64,000 nucleotides of DNA from Candidatus Falkowbacteria bacterium. Lineage in GTDB: Bacteria > Patescibacteriota > Patescibacteriia > CAIXNZ01. A program made the position numbers and the translations under genes. The notes under the pieces were generated by a model. That model saw only the letters and a program-made list of their open reading frames with translations. It was not told the DNA's origin and did no database searches. Position 1 is the stretch's first letter, and every line of letters begins with the position of its first letter. Location of the stretch: assembly GCA_963774955.1 (NCBI GenBank), contig CAVZGV010000004.1, positions 67,522 to 131,521 of the forward strand, written 5' to 3'. Shown here in pieces: positions 38,217 to 47,837 of the stretch.

Positions 38217-39357
38217 TCATTTAGCATTATGCCTTAAATAAGTATCAAGTAAAAGCGGCCCTGAATTTTGGAAATCACCATCACTGGTGAAAGTTATTCC
38301 ACCTTGATTGGGATAGTAACGACCTTTCTCTTTCCAATAATCATGAGGGCCAAGCCAAAGACCGTACCCAAAGGTTGCGTTACTTGAACTCCAGCCGCAC
38401 TCAAAGTGTCGCTGTTCCAGACTTTCCGGAAAAAGTGACAGCTGCAAACTTCTTCCCGGGGAAAGATGGGAAAAGCGAGCCATATCTGCAAAATTACCAG
38501 GCTGGCCATTCCCCAAAGAATTTTTCCAATGATAGACTGGAATTGGGATTGTCCAAAGAGCCAGGGACTCTTGTTCTTCCCGGCTAAATTGCTTCAGTAC
38601 ATCTTTGCTTGGAGTGGTCGTAACAAAAAGAAAATTTGTACCTGCATACTGGCCATGATACCCCACGTCATACGTATAATAGGGAAATGATGGATTGCCA
38701 ATAGGTTTTAGCAACTGCAGCTTCTCGCTGTAAGGCCTTTGAATTTCTTCCAGCACGTAGTTAATCACTTTAGCCATGAGTGACCAATCGGGTCCGCCAT
38801 CCCTTTCAATGTGCTCCTTTAAGGCCCTTTCAAACAAATCCGTTAATTCTTTGGGCACATCGTCGAATTGTCGATTGCTCTGCCCTGAGAATTTGAAGCC
38901 TTCATTCCATTGCTCCAGCCACCTTAGCGGAGCAAATTTTTCATAAACTTCAGGGGCATATTCAGCTTTCCAGCGAGAGCCTGCCTGGTACATCAGGAAG
39001 CGTAGCAATAGCAGCGTCGTTTCTGCTTCAGGCATAACAAAGGTTAGAGTTATCAAAGCTGAAATCGGATCTTCTTCTCCTGGCAGCATCAGGCCGCTTC
39101 TTAAAGAGTGCTCAAGAGCTTCCAGGGCATTACCCATGCCGTCGCGCTTAAGCCTGGCAACAAGATTTCCCATAATCCGCCAATCACTAGCTTGTGCATC
39201 CCATTGTTTGCAAAAAGAACTGGGAGATTCTGCGCACATAGCTAGTTTAAGCGGGTCAGGAAGACTTTGTTCTCGTAGACGCTTAAAAGCCTGATTGCCT
39301 GCGAGCTCTGTTAAAAGAACTTCATACTGCTGTTCTTCGGGCAATTGTTTAGTCATT
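38217..39357 (-). CDS. hypothetical protein (about 380 aa), GC-rich block
   Basis: ORF track (ORF 38217..39395; start taken at MTKQLPEE); no motif recognised. Confidence 0.45.
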
Positions 39358-39637
39358 TTTTTCTCCTTTTGTTGACCAAACCATCCGAAGCGCATACTCC
39401 TGAGAGCATACTTGCCGTCTGATAAAAACTTTTTATCAGTAAATTTATCCTGGGATAAATTTTGCCTAAAAGGCAGGCGTAGATAAAATCAAATTATCAA
39501 TTGGTTTCAAATCTGTCAAGCCAATAACTTCAGATTTTACCGACAGAAAAATTAATCAGTGTTATCTATAAGATAATTCGTAGTGTTAAAAAAGCCGTCC
39601 CTGGCGGAACGGCTGTGAATAAAACCAGTTAACTTAC

Positions 39638-39994
39638 TTAAAGTTCTAGCGAATACATGATGTTGATTTCCTGATCCAGAGTCAGACTCCTGCCTTCTGA
39701 CCAGCGGCAAAGATATTTCCAGTTACCATCTATCTTTTTCAGGATGGCAATACAGAATCCGTTGGTAAAAGGCAGGTAAACATCCTGGGCTTCGATTTCA
39801 ATCAGTAGTAAATAGGGAGTCTGGGTGAAAAACCAGTAGTCTTGCTCCACCATTTCCCTAACCATGGCTTGGGTTTCCTTAGAAAGTTCCCGAAACCACT
39901 TGGATTGCCAGATATTTTGATGACGCAGTTCAAGCTTGCGCCATTCATCTGACTCAAGATATCGCCCTTCTTTGGCTTGTTTCAATGCTGGCAT
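39638..39994 (-). CDS. hypothetical protein (118 aa), GC-rich block
   Basis: AAAGGAGAA RBS; terminator 39587-39616. Confidence 0.45.
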   Translation of the reverse strand: MPALKQAKEGRYLESDEWRKLELRHQNIWQSKWFRELSKETQAMVREMVEQDYWFFTQTPYLLLIEIEAQDVYLPFTNGFCIAILKKIDGNWKYLCRWSEGRSLTLDQEINIMYSLEL

Positions 39995-40021
39995 CTGAAT
40001 TCTCCTTTTGAAAAATATTCC

Positions 40022-40281
40022 TCAGGCTAAATAGCCGCTTTGTTTATGCCAGGTACCTTTGACCCAAATGGTCAGCGGTCCTTTATTGGTCACATCATCA
40101 GCCAAGGCCGGACGATGTTGTTCCAGCAGGCTCAAGGCCTGGGCTTTAATTTGTTCATCGTTTGCCCACGTTTCCATAAGCATCCAGAAAAAAACACAGA
40201 CAAACAAATCTATGGCCATTCTGGTATCCTTAACCACGGAGGGAAAGCGATCTCTTAGATTTTCTTTGTTTGCAAACATTA
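40022..40281 (-). CDS. hypothetical small protein (86 aa), GC-rich block
   Basis: AAAAAGGAGGAAG RBS before ATG (MFANKEN). Confidence 0.4.
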
Positions 40282-40313
40282 CTTCCTCCTTTTTCAATGT
40301 ATGAAAATTAATT

Positions 40314-40395
40314 TTGGTGCGCGAGACCGGAATCGCCCGCCAGAGGGCGGGTCCGCCTTCGGCGGAACCCCTCTGCTAGTATTTTCCCGCGCACA
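40314..40395. repeat. composite REP-like palindromic element (nested hairpins)
   Basis: outer inverted repeat GTGCGCG/CGCGCAC; inner CGCCCGCCAGAGGGCGGG and TCCGCCTTCGGCGGA. Confidence 0.7.
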
Positions 40396-40528
40396 CAAAA
40401 TAATATAGCCTCCAAGCTATTCACCTATATTAACATAGATTAAAGCTTTTGTCAAGACTTACATAATTCGTGCGTTATGTTAAAATAGTCATATAATCTT
40501 TATTGAACTATTCTACTATTTGTCATAA

Positions 40529-40624
40529 GAAAAAGCCTCCTCTGTGTCATGGTGAGCTCAGTCGAACCATACACCGACGGCGCCACCCGTTCGACTATGC
40601 TCAGGGTGACAGAGGAGGCTTTTT
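40529..40624. repeat. family B imperfect palindromic element (GTCATGGTGAGC type)
   Basis: AAAAAGCCTCCTCTGT ... GTCATGGTGAGCTCAGTCGAACC ... ACAGAGGAGGCTTTTT. Confidence 0.7.
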
Positions 40625-40644
40625 CTCTTTAACCCAATTACCCA

Positions 40645-41616
40645 ATGATCATCTTCCTCTACGGCGAAGACACCTACCGTTCCAGCCAAAAACTTAACCA
40701 AATCAAGGACAAATTCATCAAAGAAGTTGATTCTTCGGGTATGAATTTAATTACTCTAAACGGCGCTAAACTTAAATTTGAAGAATTCAACCATCAGGTA
40801 AAGGCCTCCCCTTTTTTAGCCCGTAAACGGATGATTATTATAAAAAATTTAATTTCAGATAACAAATCCAAGGAAATTCAGAAAGAAATTGTAGACTTAT
40901 TAAATACTGAATGGAAAAATCCCCAGGAAGATAATATTCTAATTTTCTGGGAAGCAGTTGATCATTCCAAGACTAAAAGTAAAAATGCACTTTGGGACAG
41001 ATTGGGTAAAGAAAAATTTGCTGAAGAATTTAAGCCTTTAAAACCAATACAAATTAATTCCTGGATAGAAAAGGAAATTATTAAGCGCAAGGCCAAAATT
41101 GAAAAATCAGCCGTGACCCTCTTAGCGGCCATGGTGGGCAATGATCTGTGGCAAATGTCCAGTGAAATTGAAAAACTGATTAATTATTGCCAAGAACGTC
41201 CAATCAATACTACGGATATAGAAAACATAGTTAAGGCAAAGTTTGATGATAATATTTTTAACTTAGTTGATGCTTTAGGCAATAATAATAAAAAACTGGC
41301 TTTAAAGCTAATGGCTGATCAGTTTAGCCTGGAATCTGATGAAATGTATTTACTCTCTATGCTGATTCGACAATTTCGTATTTTGCTTTTAACTAAGGAA
41401 TTAAGTGAAATTAATCCCCGTCTTGGCAAAGAAAAAGTCGCTCAGGAGTTAAGCCTCCACCCTTTTGTTGCCCAAAAAGCCTTATGGCAAATAAAAAATT
41501 TTACTTTGGATAAATTGAAACAAATATATCGAATGCTCTTGGATATTGATTTTAGAATTAAAACCAGCAATCAGAAACCAAGGCTGCTTTTTGATCTATT
41601 TATCGCCCAAATTTAA
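40645..41616 (+). CDS. holA: DNA polymerase III delta subunit
   Basis: N-terminus MIIFLYGEDTYRSSQKL typical of HolA; 323 aa. Confidence 0.7.
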   Translation: MIIFLYGEDTYRSSQKLNQIKDKFIKEVDSSGMNLITLNGAKLKFEEFNHQVKASPFLARKRMIIIKNLISDNKSKEIQKEIVDLLNTEWKNPQEDNILIFWEAVDHSKTKSKNALWDRLGKEKFAEEFKPLKPIQINSWIEKEIIKRKAKIEKSAVTLLAAMVGNDLWQMSSEIEKLINYCQERPINTTDIENIVKAKFDDNIFNLVDALGNNNKKLALKLMADQFSLESDEMYLLSMLIRQFRILLLTKELSEINPRLGKEKVAQELSLHPFVAQKALWQIKNFTLDKLKQIYRMLLDIDFRIKTSNQKPRLLFDLFIAQI

Positions 41617-41639
41617 AAGAGGCTCAGAGAGCCTCTTTT
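41615..41639. terminator. bidirectional terminator
   Basis: aaaagaggctc-agag-agcctctttt. Confidence 0.7.
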
Positions 41640-41962
41640 GTATGTTTTTCCCAGTCATCAGGGCTTACCGGCTTAGGTAAAAAGATGACATTGTGGGGAA
41701 TATCCGCCTGATCTAGACCGCCGCCAGAAGTAATGATTACTTTTAGCTGAGGAAATTTTTCCCTGACCTTAGCAATCAATTCTAGACCATTCATACCAGA
41801 CATTTGAAAATCAGTAATCATCATCTCTATCACCTGTGCTTGCAAACATACCAGGGCCTGCTGACCGTTTTCAGCTTCGATAACTTCGTGTCCCAACCGC
41901 TTTAAACTTTTTACCACCGCTTTTCTTACATTATAATCATCATCTACTACTAAAATACGCAT
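41624..41962 (-). CDS. single-domain response regulator (CheY-like receiver)
   Basis: LVVDDD, phospho-acceptor Asp in MMITDFQMSGMNG, T in IITSGG, K in FLPKP. Confidence 0.8.
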   Translation of the reverse strand: MRILVVDDDYNVRKAVVKSLKRLGHEVIEAENGQQALVCLQAQVIEMMITDFQMSGMNGLELIAKVREKFPQLKVIITSGGGLDQADIPHNVIFLPKPVSPDDWEKHTKEAL

Positions 41963-42073
41963 ACTTCTCTCCTTTTGGGTAAAAAAAATATGTCCCCTGA
42001 TTGAGACATTGTAGATTATAGCATATAAATGACAAAATAAAAAGAACTCCGTTGTCCGGAGCTCTTTTTTATA

Positions 42074-42391
42074 TTATTTTTTTTCAATTTTCTGTTCAAC
42101 TTTTTTTTCAATCTTCTTTTCTGCCTGTCCACCTTTTCGGTAATAGCTCATTAACCTTGAAAGTTTTCTGGCAGCGGTATTTTTCTTCATGATATTCTTT
42201 TGCGCAGCTTTATCTAAACCTTTTTGTGCCTGTTTAATCATGGGATCAATTTTGTCTTTGGCTTCCTTTTTATCAATAGCCTGACGCACTTTTTTCATTA
42301 AGGTTTTTAAATCTTCACGCACTTTCATATTACGCTCAGCATGACGCTGGGTTTGTCTCAAGGCTTTCTTTGATTGCTGTTTAATTGGCAT
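42074..42391 (-). CDS. rpsT: 30S ribosomal protein S20
   Basis: KKALRQ..R..RN N-terminus and LDKAAQKNIMKKNTAARKLSRL matching the S20 conserved region. Confidence 0.8.
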   Translation of the reverse strand: MPIKQQSKKALRQTQRHAERNMKVREDLKTLMKKVRQAIDKKEAKDKIDPMIKQAQKGLDKAAQKNIMKKNTAARKLSRLMSYYRKGGQAEKKIEKKVEQKIEKK

Positions 42392-42500
42392 ATTTTGATA
42401 AAATAAAGATTTAATTTATAAAATTAAGAGCTCAGTGGCAACAAAGCTCTTAGCTAAAATACTACCAAACTTCTATATTTATGTCAAGTTATCCGAATCC

Positions 42501-43565
42501 TTATACTTGGGGCTTATCTAATTCCAAGGGTTCTATCTCCCCTTCCATTCCGGTAATTTTAACAACATCCTTATCAATTTTCTTAAACTCTTTATAAGCG
42601 CTATTATACATACCAACAGTTGTGCCCAGATTATTACCCAGTTTTTGCAAATATGAATCATAAGCCAGCAAATGTTTTTGTAATTGCTCCACTCTTTCTC
42701 TGATTTGCTGAGCCGATTTTTCAATTTGCACAGCCTTTAGCCCCTGCAAAACCGTCTGCAAATAGGCCAAAAACGAAGTCGGTGAAACAATAATCACATG
42801 CTTTTCCTTCATGGCATATTCAATTAAATCCCGGGTATTAACTTTTACTGCACCGACCTGATTGATTAATAAATCATAATAGATTGCTTCGGCCGGAATA
42901 AACATAAACGCAAATTCCATGGTTTTTTCTGCAGGTCTGATGTATTTTGAAGTTTCATCAATGCGATTTTTCAAATCTTGTTTAAATAATTTTTCCAATT
43001 TTTCTTTTTCAGCGCTGTTTTTTTCTTCAACTATTTTATTATAATTTTCCAGGGAAAACTTAGAATCTACAGGTATTATTCTATCATTGACAAAAATTAC
43101 TGCGTCAACAATTTCTCCATCCTTAAATTTATATTGCATTTGAAAAGTATGCGGTGGTAAAACATTCTTTAATAATGTCTCCAAAAAATATTCACCTAAA
43201 ATACCGCGCTGCTTGGGATTGGTTAAAATATTTTCCAAACTTTGAAGTTGTTCAGCAAAACCAATTACTTGCTTATTGGTTTCATCCAATTTGGTTAATT
43301 TTTCTGTTACATCCTGAACAATCTTAGCTGTCTGGCCAAACTGTTGCTGCATGGACTTATGAGTATTATTCAACCCGTCACTGATTGTTTTACTATTTAT
43401 ATTTAAGCCTTCACTCAGGACTTTGCTTAATTCATTAAGTTGATTTTGCAGCATTAAAAGTGATTGGTCGTCTTTTTTAGGCTGAGAACTTTTTGACAAA
43501 AAAATAAGTACGGCAGCAAAGCCGGCAATTACAAGAACAATTAAGATAATTGAGGTTAAATCCAT
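42501..43565 (-). CDS. rmuC: RmuC-like DNA recombination protein (N-terminal TM, coiled coil)
   Basis: architecture and size; no strict motif checked. Confidence 0.5.
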   Translation of the reverse strand: MDLTSIILIVLVIAGFAAVLIFLSKSSQPKKDDQSLLMLQNQLNELSKVLSEGLNINSKTISDGLNNTHKSMQQQFGQTAKIVQDVTEKLTKLDETNKQVIGFAEQLQSLENILTNPKQRGILGEYFLETLLKNVLPPHTFQMQYKFKDGEIVDAVIFVNDRIIPVDSKFSLENYNKIVEEKNSAEKEKLEKLFKQDLKNRIDETSKYIRPAEKTMEFAFMFIPAEAIYYDLLINQVGAVKVNTRDLIEYAMKEKHVIIVSPTSFLAYLQTVLQGLKAVQIEKSAQQIRERVEQLQKHLLAYDSYLQKLGNNLGTTVGMYNSAYKEFKKIDKDVVKITGMEGEIEPLELDKPQV

Positions 43566-44105
43566 AAAAATATATTTTAATTATAGCCTAATTGTATCAA
43601 TCTGTATCTAAATATGCAACCAACTTGACTAAGCATTACATTACTAATAATATATAGTTAAATCTGGCTAAAGAGGTCATTTCCCAAAAGAAGAATCAAC
43701 AGCGAAATCAATTCTTCTAGTGGGTATGCCGATCGCGACCAACCACTCCCCCGTGGTTCCCTTGCCAAGTCTTTAGCCAGACCGGGGAAGCCATTTTGGC
43801 TTCCCCTATTTTATTTCGAGGAATCATTCTATTGCTCAGCTCAAAATTTAATGTTAAAATCATATAAAGATACATAATTATACTTTTAGATGAAATTTTG
43901 TATGTCCAAAACATAAAATTACCAAAACCATTGATTATTTTATTTATAGCGACACCTATTTTTGACTAAAACTATTTATTATTTCAATAATTTGCATTAT
44001 TCATATATAAATGTTTCACGTGAAACATTTTTAAATTAAGGCTAATTATAGTAAAATTCTAACAATAGTCCCCTATTTGATTATAATCAAAATAAGGATT
44101 AATAC

Positions 44106-44177
44106 GTCCCTGTAGTTCAACGGATAGAACGAGAGACTCCTAAGCTCTAGATGGAGGTTCAATTCCTCCCGGGGACA
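44106..44177 (+). tRNA. tRNA-Arg (anticodon CCT)
   Basis: manual fold: acceptor GTCCCTG/CGGGGAC (U-G wobble), anticodon loop CTCCTAA, T-arm GGAGGTTCAATTCCTCC. Confidence 0.75.
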
Positions 44178-44185
44178 TAAGTTTC

Positions 44186-44215
44186 TCCGCCAAAGGCGGA
44201 TCCGCCTCCGGCGGA
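44186..44215. repeat. REP-like hairpin doublet inserted directly after tRNA-Arg with 16-bp flanking direct repeat
   Basis: TCCGCCAAAGGCGGATCCGCCTCCGGCGGA; flanks ctcccggggacataag at 44166-44181 and 44221-44236. Confidence 0.85.
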
Positions 44216-44236
44216 AATTTCTCCCGGGGACATAAG

Positions 44237-44330
44237 CCTATATAAGAGCCTTTAGCTCATCTGGCCTTAGTCGGCCGTAGCTCGGAGAGCAAAGGCCGAT
44301 AGAGTGCTTCCATGGCGTGTTTGCCCGCCG
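44237..44330 (+). pseudogene. degenerate 5' copy of tRNA-Ala with GC hairpin insertion
   Basis: agagcctttagctcatctgg + insertion + tagagtgcttccatggcgtg, compared with intact tRNA-Ala. Confidence 0.55.
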
Positions 44331-44359
44331 AAATTATGCTGTATTAAAATTGAAATAAT

Positions 44360-44432
44360 GGGCTCTTAGCTCATCTGGTAGAGCGCTTCCATGGCATGGA
44401 AGAGGTAAGGGGTTCGATCCCCCTAGAGTCCA
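44360..44432 (+). tRNA. tRNA-Ala (anticodon GGC)
   Basis: manual fold: acceptor GGGCTCT/AGAGTCC with G3:U70 Ala identity pair; anticodon loop ATGGCAT; T-arm AGGGGTTCGATCCCCCT. Confidence 0.8.
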
Positions 44433-44451
44433 CAAATACTATTTGCGTAGG

Positions 44452-44490
44452 TGGGGCATGGAAGAGGTGAGTGGTTCGAGTCCTGTAGGG
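44452..44490 (+). pseudogene. degenerate 3'-half copy of tRNA-Ala
   Basis: gcatggaagaggtgagtggttcgagtcctgtagggtcta versus gcatggaagaggtaaggggttcgatccccctagagtcca. Confidence 0.55.
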
Positions 44491-44807
44491 TCTACTCCTA
44501 CGCTCTACGGAGCTTCGGAGTGCACTGCACTCCATAATTATATAAATAATGGCTATTTAGCTCCCGTCTTCGCCTTTACCTATTAGCAAAGGGAAGTATA
44601 TATACTGAAATTACTTAAGCTTCGGTGGGCAGGCCTACCTTCGCCTATAGATATTTCTAAATGGGAGGTATATTCCTGAATAACTCGGGCTACGGTAGGC
44701 ACGCAGCTAAAAAGGAGGCGAAATTTGTGGAGGCTAACCAGCTACGGTGGGCATTGGCCCACACAAAACTTTTTACATTAAACTTTTGACTTTTAACTTA
44801 TTGAAAT

Positions 44808-45884
44808 ATGTCATTATCCATCGGCATTGTTGGTCTGCCAAATGTAGGCAAATCAACCATATTCAATGCCTTAACCCAACAAAAAGTAGATGCGGCCAAT
44901 TATCCCTTTTGTACGATTAATCCAAACGTGGGCTGTGTTAAGGTACCTGATCAAAGACTTGATAAACTTAGTGAAATGTCCAAGTCAGAAAAGATCATTT
45001 ATTCAACCATTGAATTTATAGATATTGCCGGTTTAGTCAGGGGAGCGAGTAAAGGTGAAGGTTTAGGCAACAAGTTTTTGACTAACATTAGGGAATGTAA
45101 TGCTATTTGCCATATTTTACGACACTTTGTTAATGATAACATAACCCACGTTGAGAATAGAATTTCAGCTAGGGATGACCTGGAAATTATTAATATGGAG
45201 CTAATGTTAGCTGATTTGGATCAGGTTAATGCCAAAATCAAAGCTATTAAAAGTGATAATGCCTTTAAAGAACTATTTCAGCTTTTAGAAAAGATTAAGC
45301 TGGGATTGGATAACAATACCTTAATAATAGATCTGAATTTAACTCCAGAGGAATTTGCCTTAATCCGTGAATACAATTTTTTATCAGCTAAGCCTTGTAT
45401 CTATGTTTTTAATATTTCGGAGGCAGACCTAAATAAAAGTAAAGAGCAAATTTTGTCAGAAGCAAATTTACAATTAGATCCGGAAAAGGTTATCTTAGTT
45501 TGCGCTAAAATGGAAGAAGAACTGATTCAACTTTCAGAACAAGAAGCTTTAGACTATTTAAAAGATTTTCAGGTTGAACAAACAGGCTTACAAAAAATGA
45601 TAATTGCCGGATACAAACTTGTAAATTATATTTCCATGTTAACCACCGGACCAAAGGAAACTAGGTCCTGGCAAATTATTAAAGGCTCAAAGGCGCCCCA
45701 GGCAGCAGGGAAGATTCATACTGATTTTGAAAAAGGTTTTGCCAGAGTGGAAGTCATTGAATGGCAAAAACTGCTGGACTGCGGCGGCTGGTCTCAAGCT
45801 AGAGATAAAGGTTTAATCAGGATGGAAGGGAAGGAGTATGAAGTTAAGGACGGTGATGTAGTCATCTTTCATTTCAATAATTAA
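44808..45884 (+). CDS. ychF: ribosome-binding ATPase YchF (Obg family GTPase)
   Basis: G1 GLPNVGKST, TGS C-terminal domain; terminator 45886-45918. Confidence 0.9.
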   Translation: MSLSIGIVGLPNVGKSTIFNALTQQKVDAANYPFCTINPNVGCVKVPDQRLDKLSEMSKSEKIIYSTIEFIDIAGLVRGASKGEGLGNKFLTNIRECNAICHILRHFVNDNITHVENRISARDDLEIINMELMLADLDQVNAKIKAIKSDNAFKELFQLLEKIKLGLDNNTLIIDLNLTPEEFALIREYNFLSAKPCIYVFNISEADLNKSKEQILSEANLQLDPEKVILVCAKMEEELIQLSEQEALDYLKDFQVEQTGLQKMIIAGYKLVNYISMLTTGPKETRSWQIIKGSKAPQAAGKIHTDFEKGFARVEVIEWQKLLDCGGWSQARDKGLIRMEGKEYEVKDGDVVIFHFNN

Positions 45885-45960
45885 AAGAACCGTTCCACGA
45901 GGTGGAACGGTTTTATATATAAAAGCACTTTATAAGACTTGCTCGGGTCTGTTACGGGAA

Positions 45961-46395
45961 TCACTCCAGCATCTTGGCTAACACAGCATCAAAGTCCATG
46001 CTGGCAAGAACACACATAGTTTTAATGGATTTTTTAAATCCATTAAATCTATTTGCATCATTAACCAACTCTTCTCGGTCGTAACGGTCAACCGTTACTC
46101 TTCCGAAAGTTGTGTTAACGAAGTGTGCTTGTCCAACTTTGACATCATGGATTAGCTGAATCCATTTTGTCAAAAATTCTGCTGCTGCTGACTGGATATC
46201 CGCATCAACCTGCACAACTGTTCCCTGGTCAACCATTTCGATTAACCGTCGAGGGTCGTGCATTCCTATTTTATATAGGAAATTATTGATGGGAGCATCC
46301 CAGTCAAATGCCCAATGATGCCCTTCATTTACAGCCAGTTTTCTGGCTTCGTTTGTCAGAGAACCAGTAAGCGCGGAAAGATTGAATATCGTCAT
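45961..46395 (-). CDS. hypothetical protein, GC-rich block
   Basis: ORF track 144 aa; AAAGAACTT promoter-like box upstream. Confidence 0.4.
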   Translation of the reverse strand: MTIFNLSALTGSLTNEARKLAVNEGHHWAFDWDAPINNFLYKIGMHDPRRLIEMVDQGTVVQVDADIQSAAAEFLTKWIQLIHDVKVGQAHFVNTTFGRVTVDRYDREELVNDANRFNGFKKSIKTMCVLASMDFDAVLAKMLE

Positions 46396-46604
46396 GGTAA
46401 GACTCCTAATCTACTTATAAAGCGCCGAGATAGGCGCGGCTAGGGGTAAAAATAAGTAACAACATTATTTAATGATTTTATTATTAAATTTTTTATAAAG
46501 AACTTACCTATATTTCAATCTTTAAGTAATTGACTTAAAGGCTGAATGTAGGAGGGGAGTAAAACATTGTTTTACTCCCGCAAATTGCTGACAATGACCG
46601 CTTG

Positions 46605-47036
46605 TCAGACGCCCCGAGGCTTCCTCGGAGTATGACGTCGCCAAACACTGTTACAAATATGGCGACGATGCCAGTATTGGGGATCTGGCTTATAGGGATG
46701 ATCTCCGTAGATCTGAATACCTTTTCGAGGTCCGATTACGACTTCGAAGTCGAATCCCTCGAAATTACCTACGAGACGATCTCCCGGTTTATTTAGCCCA
46801 GCCCGCTCTAATTCCTCTCTGGCCCAGGCTTTTCTTCTAATAAAGAACTCGATTTTATTATCATCATAATATTTGCTTCTGGGTATCACGCATTCCTTTG
46901 GGATAGATTTATTCTCCAGAGGGAGAAGCTTCTCTATCGGAATGTCAATACTCACAAGCCCGCGTCTCGGTCCTACGAAGTAACGATCTTTAGTTTTATC
47001 TTTGCCTTTCATTACTTTTCCCCTTTCCGCAATCAA
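46605..47036 (-). CDS. hypothetical basic protein, GC-rich block (start more likely at 47015, MKGKDK)
   Basis: AAAGGGGAAAG RBS before internal ATG. Confidence 0.4.
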   Translation of the reverse strand: MIAERGKVMKGKDKTKDRYFVGPRRGLVSIDIPIEKLLPLENKSIPKECVIPRSKYYDDNKIEFFIRRKAWAREELERAGLNKPGDRLVGNFEGFDFEVVIGPRKGIQIYGDHPYKPDPQYWHRRHICNSVWRRHTPRKPRGV

Positions 47037-47138
47037 GCGGTGTTGGTGATTAATCTTTAAAGAACTTTGACCTATGTTTCAATCTTTCTCTTCTTTGTTT
47101 TTAACTTAGAAGAGCAGGACTAAAGTTAGGAGGCAATG

Positions 47139-47267
47139 TTATTCAAGTTTGACCTCGATAACATTGCCGTTTGGCAGAATGTAGGCTCGGATGAGCCCGT
47201 CCTCGAAGCGACCTTCGAGATACGGGACGCCCAGGGCCGCCATGATGCCGATAAGTTTCATAATCAT
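47139..47267 (-). CDS. small protein (42 aa)
   Basis: AAGGAGGAAAAAAAG RBS before ATGATTATG; the longer ORF-track version overlaps the next gene in another frame. Confidence 0.35.
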   Translation of the reverse strand: MIMKLIGIMAALGVPYLEGRFEDGLIRAYILPNGNVIEVKLE

Positions 47268-47325
47268 CTTTTTTTCCTCCTTGTCCGCCTTTGGCGAACG
47301 GGTTGAGGGTGGATGTTTCAGTGGA

Positions 47326-47571
47326 TTAGTAAGAGGAGGGGGACTCCACTTCCCAGCTCGGCAACAGCTGTTTGAGCTGTTCGACGCTGTATGGCCCAAA
47401 GCCATAGGAAGTGCCGAAAATGCGATTGCTGTCCAAATCAGCCAGACCGCCACCAGCCACCGAACTTTCCGGCACACCGGTTCTTTCAGCGATTTCCGCG
47501 TGAAAGTCGCGGGTGTAGTGCCGATCGCCGAAAATCACCTGACCACCGGAAACGATGAACTTAACGGTCAT
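47326..47571 (-). CDS. hypothetical small protein (81 aa), Gly-rich
   Basis: AAGGAG RBS before ATG. Confidence 0.4.
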   Translation of the reverse strand: MTVKFIVSGGQVIFGDRHYTRDFHAEIAERTGVPESSVAGGGLADLDSNRIFGTSYGFGPYSVEQLKQLLPSWEVESPSSY

Positions 47572-47837
47572 GATTATCTCCTTTTTTCTGAATAAGTGTG
47601 ATTATGTATCTTTAAAGAACTAGTTGTTTATCTTCACAGGATTGAGTAAGCTCTTATCGCTCTCTCAGCCTGATTAAGCAGTATAGCATATATTTCCAAT
47701 CTTGTCAAGACTTATTGGACAATATTTATGTATTTAAAATTCTTTGGACAAACCCATTAAATAAGGGCTTGTATTTATTATTGGAATGTGCTATAATTGG
47801 AAGTGTCCAATAAATACTACAACTTTTCTTAACCCTT

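Noticed and set aside
44437-44800. Possible tmRNA starting with a tRNA-Ala-like 5' end
   Set aside because: No T-arm/acceptor 3' terminus (GGTTCGANTCC...CCA context) at the distal end and no recognisable tag-peptide reading frame with resume codon; the tRNA-Ala-like pieces are better explained as degenerate duplicates.
47191-47595. Plus-strand 134-aa ORF in the GC-rich block
   Set aside because: Antisense to two minus-strand ORFs that have proper RBSs; composition (Arg/Ser/Gly-rich, low complexity) typical of spurious antisense ORFs in GC-rich DNA.
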